The position numbers and the translations under genes were made by a program. Under the pieces are notes generated by a model. The model did not search any database and was not told the DNA's origin. It saw nothing but the letters and a program-made list of their open reading frames with translations. A stretch of DNA of 64,000 bases, from assembly GCA_951406725.2 (NCBI GenBank), contig OX597819.1, positions 21,886,001-21,950,000 of the forward strand. Direction: 5' to 3'. Positions 26,285 through 38,332 of the stretch are shown piece by piece; positions within the stretch are counted from its first letter, which is position 1; every line of letters begins with the position of its first letter. Origin of the DNA: Octopus vulgaris (taxonomy: Eukaryota).

Positions 26285-26665
26285 AGTTTGGTTATGTAGT
26301 TAAGGAGTTCGCGCTACAACTAACGTGGTTTCATGTTCAGTCTTACTGTGTGCTGCATCTTGAGCAAGTATCTTCTGTTATAGCCTTGGGGCGACCAATA
26401 CTTTGCGAGTAAATGTGGTTGACGAGAAAATGAGTGAAGGCCGTCGTGTATATTTATATGTGTGTGTGTGTATTGCATCTTAGTGTTTGAGTTTGTTTCC
26501 CACGAACGCTTGTCAACTGGTATTGGTTTGTCTACATCCCTGTAACTAATTGTTTCGGTAAATATGACAGCTACTTTGTCAGACGTAAAAGTAATAAATG
26601 GGACTGATTTTTTTTACTAAGTCCAGCATGGCCGCAGTTCAATGACTTAAAAGATAAAGATATAT
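26285..26665 (+). mobile_element. Diverged SINE family B
   Basis: CTTGAGCAAGTATCTTCTG..GCCTTGGG..GCCGTCGT..CCAGCATGGCCGCAG..AATGACT..AAAAGATAAA. Confidence 0.65.
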
Positions 26666-27899
26666 AAAGAGATGGTGGTGGTGGTAGTGGTGGTGGCGGC
26701 GGCTGCGGACGCGGTGGTGGTGGCGGTGGTGCCGGTGGTGCTGGTTTTGGTAGTGCTGGTGCTTGTCGTGGTGGTGGTGGTGGTGGTGATGCTGTTGGTG
26801 CTGGTGGTGTTGGTTTTGGTAGTGCTGGTGCTTGTCGTGGTGGTGGTGGTGGTGATGGTGGTGATGGTAGCGGCAGTGGGGGTGATGATAATGATGAAGA
26901 ATATCAACACCAACAACAGCGATAACAACAATGATTCAACGAAGCTGAAGATATTCCACACCTGACCAAACATTAATTTAGAAAAACAAAAACAAATGCA
27001 AAATGCCCAGACACCTTACTTACCAACAACTTACAAAGCTTTCCCATCCACCCTGTACAATCATTTCACTGACTGGCATCAAACAACTCCGTCAGTCATA
27101 TCCTGAGAAACTAAAATCAAACGATTCCTATAAAATCACTCATAAACATGATCCAGACTACAGTTTCTTTGCTACAGTTACTGTAATGGTCTTTTCCCCC
27201 AGGAGCTGGTTTCCTCTTGCCAGCTATTCTCAACTAGGTCTCCTCTAATCAGTTTTCTCTTGTCTATCCCGTCAGGTCCTGGACAAACAATTTTTCCAAG
27301 TCCTGTCTTCACTGCCACTCGCCACCCGCCAAAAAAACCTTCCCTGCTCATGTCTTTCCTGAAAGTGTCAACATGCCACAGTGTAAGAGAACTTTTTACA
27401 GCATTAATCTCACCGGCCTCAGAAGCCGTACATAGGACATGTGCGCTCTAAATTCAGCAAGTAAAACAACAAGCATTCTGCTCTCTCACCCAGAAAGTAA
27501 TAACGTATGACAAAAAGATCGAAAGGGATGTAAAGCTTTAAAAAGCTAAAAAGATAAAAGCAATAACATACAAACGAATGACTCGCGTCGTTATCGGTGA
27601 GTATTTTATCCTATACAACACTTTTAGAGAATGGAGACATTTTACATAGATGAAGCGATCTCAATACAAATAATATACAAACTATTCCAAAATGTAAAAC
27701 AACCATATTTCTACTCATCTTCCCAACTCAGTTAACTTGTAAAATAAAAGCACCAATTGTTATCAATGTTACATCATCAATCGCCTGACATTACAGCCTC
27801 AAGAACACAATGCCTCTTCGGGGAATCGAAACCGCGATCGTGTGATGGTGAATGCAACAACCTAACCAGGAGGCCACACACCTTCACTCTAGATGCTAC

Positions 27900-28350
27900 C
27901 AGGAAAAAAAAAAATGAAACTATAACCCATATCCTCAATATGGATGACTTAAAAGTAGTTATAACTGGTAATATCTCGCTGGGGAACTTATTAAAATGGC
28001 TTAAAATAAGATAGAAATAACTGTGGATTAAAGAAAGGCGCCGGCGTTAGTATGCAGAAAAGATGAATAGGTGAATTAATTCAAACTAGGAATATTAAAT
28101 TAGATACAGTGAGTGAATTAGATAAAACACATCTCTACAAATACTTAGATAAAGTAGATGAAACTAGAACGAATCAGCCTACAGAGAAATGAACGGGAAA
28201 ATGTGCAAAGTACAGAACAGTCGGATTAATATTCAAAAGTGAAATTCTTGCTAGGAATAATATAATGGATAAAGATAAAATATCGTTGTAGTTATAAAGC
28301 ACAGTTTCAACTTATTAAAATAGCATTTTAAGTGAACTGAGAAGCTGGGA
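27900..28350 (+). pseudogene. Very decayed RLE-type LINE RT fragment
   Basis: ITHILNMDDLK (compare R4-type INHLLYMDDLK) and a later YKYLD (compare YKYLG). Confidence 0.5.
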
Positions 28351-28494
28351 CTGAAACTATCCACAGCTTCCCTAAGCCACAGCTCCTGTTTCGATAAGAA
28401 TACAGTTATAGAGATAGGTAGAAAAGAAAAGCAATAAAAATGTAAAAAAAAAAAATGGATAAAATGAAATCAAAACGGAATTCTAAGATATATT

Positions 28495-29198
28495 CTTTTC
28501 TACACTTGCCACAAGGCTCGAAATTTTGAGGGAGAGGCCAGACGATTAGATCGACCCCAGTACGCCACTGGTATTTAATTTACCAACCCCGAAAGGCAAA
28601 GTTGACTTCGGATGAATTTGAACTCAGAACATAGCGGCAGACGAAATACCTATTTCTTTACTACCCACAAGGGACTAAACACAGAGAGGACAAACAAGGA
28701 CAGACAAAGGGATTAAGTCGATTACATCGACCCCAGTGCGTAACTGGTACTTAATTGATCGACCCCGAAAGAATGAAAAGCAAAGTCGACCTCGGCATAA
28801 TTTGAACTCAGAACATAAAGACACGAAATACCGCTAAACATTTTGAGGGAGAGGCCAGACGATTAGATCGACCCCAGTACGCCACTGGTATTTAATTTAC
28901 CAACCCCGAAAGGCAAAGTTGACTTCGGATGAATTTGAACTCAGAACATAGCGGCAGACGAAATACCTATTTCTTTACTACCCACAAGGGACTAAACACA
29001 GAGAGGACAAACAAGGACAGACAAAGGGATTAAGTCGATTACATCGACCCCAGTGCGTAACTGGTACTTAATTGATCGACCCCGAAAGAATGAAAAGCAA
29101 AGTCGACCTCGGCATAATTTGAACTCAGAACATAAAGACACGAAATACCGCTAAACATTTCACCCGTCGTACTAACGTTTCTGCCATCTCACCGCCTT
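28495..29198 (-). mobile_element. Dimeric SINE family A with an internal 317-bp tandem duplication and ~17-bp TSD
   Basis: TSD GAATTCTAAGATATATT (28478-28494) vs GAATTCTAGTATATATT (29199-29215). 28523-28839 is repeated at 28840-29156. Confidence 0.88.
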
Positions 29199-29519
29199 GA
29201 ATTCTAGTATATATTAAAGGGAAAATGTTTTCTTGCTTCGTCCACTAAGCAACAGCTAAATATTCTCATTTGCCTTTCCTCAGTTAAAGCAAGAAATAAG
29301 GTTCTATTATTCACTTCACGTCTCCTTTTGTTCTTTTTTCGCCTATTGAATTTCTCCCCTTCGTTCACGAACGTCAACTAAGTTACCTTCTTTATTGTTC
29401 GTTCTTAACCAAATCCTTCAGGCCATGGTGCAATAACTTTTAGCTGCATACTACATTCACGCCGTTCCTGGTGGGTTTATTCGCTTTTTTCATCTATATG
29501 ATGGCTAATGTCTAATACT

Positions 29520-29895
29520 TGTCTTTGGTTAACAATCGACAATGCATGCCTCGGTCACAAAAGGATCAATGTGAAAGAAGAAGAAAGAAATGAACGACCA
29601 TGACGATTTTAAGTGGGAAATACGAAGGTTGTGGTCAATGAGGAGAGGAGACGCGATATCATTAGCAATTGGCGCACTTGGAGGTATCGGTACTCAACTA
29701 CCAGCATGGCTAAAAAAAGATAAGTACACCTGCGAAGGTAGAACACCTAGAAAAATCAGCATTGCTTGGAACTGCAAGAATTCTTTGCAGGGTTCATGAA
29801 ATATGACCAGTAATCAAGTGTCACCTTGGTCTGCTGGCAGTAGACAGCTGACACTTTCCATCATACCCAGCAAAATAAGATATGAGTTATCACAT
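29520..29895 (+). pseudogene. 3' fragment of an RLE-type LINE followed by (CTA/CTG)n
   Basis: FKWEIRRLWSMRR...IGALG, LEKSALLGTARIL. The 3' UTR matches 31360-31440. Confidence 0.75.
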
Positions 29896-29924
29896 GCTAC
29901 TACTACTACTACTACTACTACTAA

Positions 29925-29968
<44 letters not shown>

Positions 29969-30007
29969 CTGCTGCTGCTACTGCTGCTGCCTCTGCTGCT
30001 GCTGCTG

Positions 30008-30069
<62 letters not shown>

Positions 30070-30088
30070 TCTGCTGCTGCTGCTGCTG

Positions 30089-30148
<60 letters not shown>

Positions 30149-30149
30149 A

Positions 30150-31445
30150 TATCAACGAGGTATTGGACAAGGAAATGAAAAAGGAACTCAGGATGAAGTA
30201 TTTCCGAAGACTGAGGTTGGTGTTGCGCTCAGAATTGTCTGGATGGGATAAAATCCAAGCAGTTAATACGTGGGTGATTGCATCACTTCGGTGTGGAGCG
30301 GGAATTATAAAATGGCAAAAGAGAGATGTGAAGATATTGGATACAAACACCAGAAAAATCTTCACAGTACATTGAGACTTCCACCCTAAGAGTGACACCG
30401 ATAGGCTGTACTTGTCCAGAAGAAAGGATAGGAGAGGTTTGATCAGTTGTCAGGACTGTATCGAAGCAGAGGAAAACAGCTTAGTGTAGTATATAATAAA
30501 TGCCGTGGAGTCATTATTAAAGCATACAAAGAAGGCCGGTGTCATAAACACTGAAAATTGTATAACTAAAGAAAACTTTAACCAAGAAATGAAAAAAAAA
30601 AGAAAAAGCACCGAAGGAAAAGAAAATGTATGGTTAGTTTGAAAGAGATGTGAACACCAAGAAGATATAGAGGGCCGGTGGCTTTGAATGAGGAAGAATG
30701 ACCTGCAGACAGAGACAGAAGCACTCATATGCGCAGCTCAAGAAGAAGCGTTAAGGACCAACTACATGAAGTGCAGAATAGACATCACTACCGATAGAAA
30801 CTATTGCCGAAATTGTGGTGAGAGGGGTGAAATAGTATGGCACATCGTTAGCGAATGTTCGAAATTGGCACAACGCAAATGCAAACGACGCCATGATAAT
30901 GTGGCAAGAATGATCCATTGGGTTCATTGTGGAAATCACATCCTAGAAAAATCAAAAACGTGGTATGAACAAACCCCAGAAGCAGTAACCGAAAATAAGA
31001 ACTGCAAAATCTTGTGGGGATCTAGTACGATCACCTGACCAGACAGCGGAAACCGAACATTGTTGTGGTGAATAAAAAAGAAAGGGCATGTGCAATAATC
31101 GACATAGGATACCCCTTTGACAACAGGATCAATGTGAAAGAAGGAAAAACCCAACAACTATGACGATTATAAGTGTAAAATACAAAGTTTGTGGTCAATG
31201 AGGAGAGTAGATGTGATGCGAATAGTAATTGGTGCACTTGGAAGTATCAGCGCTCAAGTTCCATCATGGTGGAAAAAAGGATTGCTGCAAGTGTGAAGGT
31301 AGAACACCAACAAAAACCAGTATTGCTTAGCACTGCTAGAATGCGTAGGGTTCTTGAAGCATGACCAGTAATCAAGTGTCACCTTAGTCTGCCGGATGTA
31401 GACAGCTGACACTTTCCATCATACCCAGTTAAATAAGTTATGATT
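30150..31445 (+). pseudogene. RLE-type (R4/Dong-like) LINE 3' half, decayed
   Basis: YFRRLRLVLRSELSG..KIQAVN, HPKSDTDRLYLSRRK..RGL, ETEALICAAQEEAL, CRNC..HIVSEC, RRHDN, ILW, KPNIVV, IIDI. Confidence 0.88.
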
Positions 31446-31449
31446 CATA

Positions 31450-32170
31450 TGATAACAATATCAAAGGCTAAACAACCTGATCTATTCAGCGACGGCTGTA
31501 GTGATATCCAGGGTATCTGGGCATGACCCTTACAAATATAAACCCCCGCCCAGACAAATCCTAAACCACAAAATAGAAAGTGAATATAATAAACAAAATT
31601 AAAAAGCAGAAGACTTCTCTCTAATTTGGGAATTCGAGAAAGAGAGATCAAAGATGGAAATTCAAAAGATCGATATGAAACATCAAAACAGCAGAAGAAA
31701 TAAAGAAGATACCTGAAAGTTTAAGAAAAAAATTTAATCAGTGCCGCATGCGATGGTATGAAAAACGCGAACGCTTCTTGCGAAAAAATGCAGAATTTAA
31801 AATAATTGTAAAAGATATTTTACAGAAACTGAGACAAAAATCAACAAACGAAGCAAAGCAAAAAAACCCCCACATATCAATAAGTGACATGCCAACAACA
31901 TCAGAAATTGAATCATACTGGGTAGGAATATAAAACAAACATGACCAACAGCACAACATTCTCAATGGCAAAATAGCGAAAATAAAGGGAAGAACAAAAT
32001 AGCACCACAGATATGGTCCACCATCACAAGCTAAAAGATCACGGACACATTGAGGACTACAAGTAACCAGAAAATGCTAGCGATAGACAAGGTCCCCGAC
32101 CGATAGAAAACACCTTAAAAGTCCTCATAGAGTGTGGCTTTTAAGCTAGTGAAGAATAAGTTCCAACAAT
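31450..32170 (+). pseudogene. N-terminal fragment of an RLE-type LINE
   Basis: RWYEKRERFLRKNAEFK...MPTTSEIESYW resembles the pre-RT region of R4-group ORFs. Confidence 0.5.
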
Positions 32171-33609
32171 AGCAATGTCATATAGAAACCTGTCTTTACG
32201 CATCTGGAAAGCTCCCCTCCAAGGCACAAGCCTGGATAAGAGATTTTATGGAAGACACTCTGTCGTCGTCCATGCATGAAGATCTGTTCTCTCTGCACCA
32301 CTGATGAAGTCTAATGGATAAACGAGACCAACACAGTTTGACACTAGCGTCATCGCAGGCATTGTTGCAGAAATACAGATAACTAAAATGAATACTGCAA
32401 GGACATCTAGACCCGTGCTCTACCATTTCCGTTAATCAACTGCTTTAGATATCGATCCCGAAAGAATGAGAGGCGAAGTTGACCTCGGAGTGCAAACATT
32501 AAAAGTTTTGATAATGAATATGAAAGTTTGTCATCTGAGGTCAGACTCCATTTCACTTTCAGATTAGAAATGCTAATATCAACTTCAGAATGCAAAGATG
32601 ATAATAATCGCATCTGAATGGAACAAAAATTGAGAGTTGATTATATGGGTCTCAGCTGGTTATTGTAGCTCCGCTAATAGTATCTAATGGTAGGGATTTC
32701 TAAATTGAATAAATATGGAGCTCAAAGCACTAAGTGGGGATGAAAATATTAAGTGAAGATGCGTAGATTAGTGGTTAGAGAGTATTTCACTGGTGATAGC
32801 AAATTATGGCTTCCATTGGCGAAGCTGGTGTTGTGTTCTGGAAGAAAAAAATTCATTACATGCTGCTGCAATCCATTCACTTTTAAATGAGTAACCTTGT
32901 AAGGGCCTGGTGTCCCGTTCATCGAGATTATTCTGCATGTGGTCACCTATGGAAACCGCATAACACATTCTGAGTCCTAGAACTCGAGAGAGTAGTATCC
33001 AGAGGACCTACTAAAAAATATTATTAAAAGTTACACTCACAATGAAAAGAATATAACGCACAAAGTGCAGATTAAAAACAAGCTTGTGTTTTAGAGAATA
33101 TTTGATGACATATATGCATATGTGTGTATGAGTATGTTTGAATGGTTGTGTTTAAATTACTGTTTGTCGAGAAAGCAGATTATAGCCGGTAATTTTGTTT
33201 ATTTTAATATCAATGGTCAGGAATTGTTTTTTTTTATTTTAACATAATATGGGAAGTTTGTTTAAGTAGAAGACAAAATCAGACGACAGTGAGCTGCTTC
33301 GCTGGTATGACAGTTATTAACAGCGAAGCCGTAAAAAGTGTTTTGAAGCCAGAGTCATGTAACAGAAGTATGAAGGTAGAACAATTTTGAGCAGACTAAC
33401 AACTGAAATGCTTTTAACTGGAGGGTAATGAATAAATGACTTGTTATTCTTCGGTCATCACTTCTGGAGCTTCTTCGATGTGAAAAGAAGTTGCTGTTGC
33501 TTTTGTATCGACGTTCGATTCGATCAGTTGAGAATATGATGGTTGTCACGTTGGTCGATGTTTAGGACGACAACTGAGGTGACGAAATGCGTTCTCAAAT
33601 CGTAGACTG

Positions 33610-34522
<913 letters not shown>

Positions 34523-34825
34523 CTTTTTATTGTAGCCACACAGGGCTAAACACAGAATAAAAATGGACGAAATACAATGTAGAATTTTTTCTTTTCGAGG
34601 TGGGATGGGTGGGGCAAGAAAAAAAAAAAAAAAAAAAAAAACGTTTGATCAATAGGGATCTGTGGGTTGTGTGGTGTATAAAAAAGCAATATATATATAT
34701 ATATAAGGTTCACAGTTTAGGTGTAGTCTTGGAAAGAAAAACCTACAAAAAAGACCAAGGTCACCTCAGGCAATTCGAAAAAGAACACATGAGTAAGTCG
34801 CCTTACTTCTCGTTGTCTCTTTTGG

Positions 34826-37800
34826 TTACAGATTTATGCTTAAAATAGTGTCGTCTTTCATACTGACCATTTTTGCCACTTTTACCCACTTTTTATTAAA
34901 ACATTCGTTCGACAAAGCCTTCCTCTCTATTCTCATCCTCCTTTTCAAGTGGTACTTGAAAAAGTTGACGAGAGACTGACCAGAGAGGAAGGTGTTTGTT
35001 TGCAGTCCTTTCAAACGCGTCCACCACACACATTCTTTCGCCATAGCCATCAGCGTAACGAAAACCGTTTTCCCTTCCCGTTTAAAGGAAGGTGGTGGAA
35101 CAATATTCACAATAGACTCGGCCGATAGGCGAGCCTGACCTACACGTGACAACAGCTGTTCGACGAAGGACCACAGCTCTGAAATATCTGGACACTGCAC
35201 GAGTGCGTGCAGAACGGTTTCGTCGCTCTGACCGCATCTCGGGCAGGTCGGTCCGGTGATGGTTTTCGAACCGTGTCTGTAGCTCTTCTCTCGAACAGGT
35301 AGTGCGTCTCGATAGCACTGCCAAGCCAGGGATTTCTGGAAGTTATCCATAGGCCCCGGCCCGAACGTCGTCCTGAACAGGCGGGTTAGGAATTCCTCGT
35401 CGACGCCCAGGTTTGCCCCGAGTGTGTCGTCGGACCTCCCCTCCACTAGTCCTCTATAGAACGCTTTAGTCGTTTGGAAGTTGCACAAGTTTGACCCCGG
35501 TCGGCAGAGCTGCTGTAGAGCTTGGCGACACTCTCGGTGCCAATCGCCCAGTTTCGGTCTCTTTTTGATCCACGTTTGCAGTTCGGTCAGTGAGACGAGC
35601 TGCGGGAAGTCGCGCCTCACAAACGGCGCCCACACCTGTTCACCGTCGTCGATGAATTTCCAGAGATGTCGCAGTCTCAGCGCATGCCTGCGCATCATCA
35701 ACCACGGCATGCCCAGTCCTCCATTCAACGGATGTTGACAGCAAATGGACTTCCTCACCATCGGAACGCCACCCTTCCACAGGAAGCGGAAGAGTATGCG
35801 TTCCAGTTTGGTGATGGTGGCGTCGGGACAAGGTACGACGGTCAGGCGGTAATCGATGACGGATGCGATGTACGCGTTCGCCACCTCCGCCCGGCCTTTT
35901 AGAGACAGCTTTCTCTCGGCCCATGTTTGGCTGAGAGCGACCACTCTACTCGTGATCTCGTCCCAGTTCTTATCCATTTGGAGGTCCGGACTGAACCAGA
36001 CCCCGAGCAATTTAACCGGTCCGTCCGTCCAGCGTCCCACTACTGAGCCGCAGTCGGACGGCATGGGCTTGCTTCTCCAGGTGCCGAGTAGCAAACCCAC
36101 TGACTTTTCCGGGTTAATCTTTGCTCCCGTCACCGTTTCATATTTTCTTAGTGTCTCGCCGACCAGCTCGATGTGCTGGTAGCTCGACACTATGACGGTG
36201 ACATCGTCCGCATATGCCGACACGCTCGTCCCGCAACCCAGTTCCCGTGGGATGCCCCTCAGTGTCGCCAGCTTCCGCAGTAGCGGCTCGAGAGTCAATA
36301 CATACAGAAGCGCCGACAGGGGACACCCCTGACGGACCGAACGCGTGATGTCAAACGGTTTAGACAGGTGACCGTTTACCCGAATCACCGATCGGATGCC
36401 GCTATACAAGGCAGCGATCCAACCGCGGAAGACGGGACCGAAGCCAGCCGCCCTGAGGACGGCCGCCAAGTACCGATGGTCGACCCTATCGAAGGCTTTA
36501 GACTGATCCAAATTTATCAGCGCCCCACCCATGCCAGGATCCTTAACTACCCTGTCCACAATGTAGCGCATCAGATGGAGGTTGTCATGTATGGTTCTGC
36601 CCGGCACGGCGCATGTTTGCGCCCTGTCGACCAGTTTACCAATGACAAGCGCCAACCTCTCGGCTATTACTTTGGCCAAAATTTTCAAATCTGCGTTGAG
36701 CAGAGTGATGGGCCTGAAATTATCTATAAAATTCCCCTTGTTTGAGTCTTTCTTCAGCAACGTCACTGCACCTCGGCTCACGAAACCGGGGATTCTCCCG
36801 TTTTGTTGCCAGTTGCAGTAGACTGATGCCAAGAGGTCGCCAAACAAGTCTGGCATTCGACAATACAGCTCGTAGGGTAAACCATCCAATCCAGGCGACT
36901 TATCCCTCGCGCAGCCCGCCATCGCATCCCACACGTCAGCGGCTGTGATGGGACTTTCACAACACTCCGCCTCTCTTGCCGAGAGCCGCGGCAGGTCGGT
37001 CAGGTAGGCACTGAAATCCATCCCTCGTTCCGACCCACCACTCGCACCAAACAGTCGAGCAAAGTGCTGTTGAAAGGCCTCACACATCCTTTCGGGTTCG
37101 AGTAAACTGCATCCCTGTTGATCTATTAGAGACCGAATGGTTGATCTGTTGCCACGCTGCGCCTCCGCTACCCGGGCCTCTCGCGCAGCTTCAATCCCTT
37201 CGTTCCTTAAGGCACGCATTTTAGCTCTGACGACGCAACCTTCGTGCTTGGCGTTGAGGTGTTGGTCGAGGGCCATCCTCGCAGCTAGCACGTTGGTTGC
37301 GCTGCCAGTGGTAAGTGCCTCTTCTAGTTTCTTAACTAAGTCTCCCTCTACTCTATTTCGTTCTATCGCTAATTCCTTGCTAAACCTAATTGATTCCGAT
37401 TTTATTGCCATTTTCAGGGCGTACCACCAGCGGTTGTTAACGACCGCTCCCGTCAGCGCCCTCTTAATTAACTCGCTAATCCGGTTCCTGTAAACCTGTC
37501 GCGCTAACAGCGACGTGTTCAGTTTCCAGTAACCGGGACCCTGCCTATGTGTTTTATCTAAGTCGAGCGTACACGTAACAAATTTGTGATCTGTGTAGCT
37601 GACTATTTTAAATTGTGGACATCCTACACTATCCCTATCCGCTGTCCTGCATAGAATTCTATCTAGATAAGATCTCGACGATCCGACGCGGTTTGTCCAA
37701 GTCCACGTTGGCACGTTCGGATGGTCGAGTCGGAACCTGTCAGACAAATGGAAACGTCTGAGCAGGTCTTTGAGGCTCTTACACCCCCTTCTATTCCTAT

Positions 37801-38275
37801 CCCTTCCCACATAATCTAGATGCGTGTCCAAGGTAGCGTTCCAATCCCCTACTAACAGTAAAGGTCTAGACGTACCCAGGAAAACCTCTAGACGTCTGAA
37901 GAAATCCGCCCGACCCGTTAAGGACGGTGCATAAACTGCCATCAGACGGAATGCACACCCATTTCTGCCATCCACGTCCAAGACAACCAGCCTACCCTCC
38001 GGGTCTAGGAATATTGCTCTTACTTTTACCTTTAGACTCTTTCGAAAAAGCACCGCAGTACCTCCACCACCCATGTTCGGCAGACAGGGAGAAAAATAAA
38101 TGTCAAATTGATTGCCAAACATGGACTCGAGGGCCCGCGGCTTACTGAGTCTGGTTTCGCTGATAGCTACTATATCCACGTCCAGTGACTTGATGTCGTT
38201 TAGAAGGTAACCTTGCTTCCAAGCCGACGCCAAGCCACGCGCATTCACACAACCTAATTTAAGCATACTTGACAA
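34826..38275 (-). CDS. Tx1-type ORF2: AP endonuclease, reverse transcriptase and C-terminal zinc finger (1149 aa from TTG; first ATG at 38266)
   Basis: APE motifs GCVNARG, ISETR, VYAP, VGDWN, YLDRI and TDH. RT motifs SPGLDG, FRPITLLNADLK, DQSKAFDRV, RQGCPLS and YADD. C-terminal CPRC..ETVLHALVQC. Confidence 0.97.
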   Translation of the reverse strand: MSSMLKLGCVNARGLASAWKQGYLLNDIKSLDVDIVAISETRLSKPRALESMFGNQFDIYFSPCLPNMGGGGTAVLFRKSLKVKVRAIFLDPEGRLVVLDVDGRNGCAFRLMAVYAPSLTGRADFFRRLEVFLGTSRPLLLVGDWNATLDTHLDYVGRDRNRRGCKSLKDLLRRFHLSDRFRLDHPNVPTWTWTNRVGSSRSYLDRILCRTADRDSVGCPQFKIVSYTDHKFVTCTLDLDKTHRQGPGYWKLNTSLLARQVYRNRISELIKRALTGAVVNNRWWYALKMAIKSESIRFSKELAIERNRVEGDLVKKLEEALTTGSATNVLAARMALDQHLNAKHEGCVVRAKMRALRNEGIEAAREARVAEAQRGNRSTIRSLIDQQGCSLLEPERMCEAFQQHFARLFGASGGSERGMDFSAYLTDLPRLSAREAECCESPITAADVWDAMAGCARDKSPGLDGLPYELYCRMPDLFGDLLASVYCNWQQNGRIPGFVSRGAVTLLKKDSNKGNFIDNFRPITLLNADLKILAKVIAERLALVIGKLVDRAQTCAVPGRTIHDNLHLMRYIVDRVVKDPGMGGALINLDQSKAFDRVDHRYLAAVLRAAGFGPVFRGWIAALYSGIRSVIRVNGHLSKPFDITRSVRQGCPLSALLYVLTLEPLLRKLATLRGIPRELGCGTSVSAYADDVTVIVSSYQHIELVGETLRKYETVTGAKINPEKSVGLLLGTWRSKPMPSDCGSVVGRWTDGPVKLLGVWFSPDLQMDKNWDEITSRVVALSQTWAERKLSLKGRAEVANAYIASVIDYRLTVVPCPDATITKLERILFRFLWKGGVPMVRKSICCQHPLNGGLGMPWLMMRRHALRLRHLWKFIDDGEQVWAPFVRRDFPQLVSLTELQTWIKKRPKLGDWHRECRQALQQLCRPGSNLCNFQTTKAFYRGLVEGRSDDTLGANLGVDEEFLTRLFRTTFGPGPMDNFQKSLAWQCYRDALPVREKSYRHGSKTITGPTCPRCGQSDETVLHALVQCPDISELWSFVEQLLSRVGQARLSAESIVNIVPPPSFKREGKTVFVTLMAMAKECVWWTRLKGLQTNTFLSGQSLVNFFKYHLKRRMRIERKALSNECFNKKWVKVAKMVSMKDDTILSINL

Positions 38276-38332
38276 TTACGAAAATTGTGTTTTACACACT
38301 ATATTAGAAGAGACAAGAGGCAAGAAGTGAGG

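Noticed and set aside
34600-34848. Antisense 82-aa ORF in the Tx1 3' UTR
   Set aside because: It starts at GTG and runs through poly(A) and (TA)n. Its MSK similarity to the ORF1 end simply reflects the inverted arm reported above.
35082-38148. Short alternative-frame and antisense ORFs inside ORF2
   Set aside because: These are expected shadows of a GC-rich long ORF.
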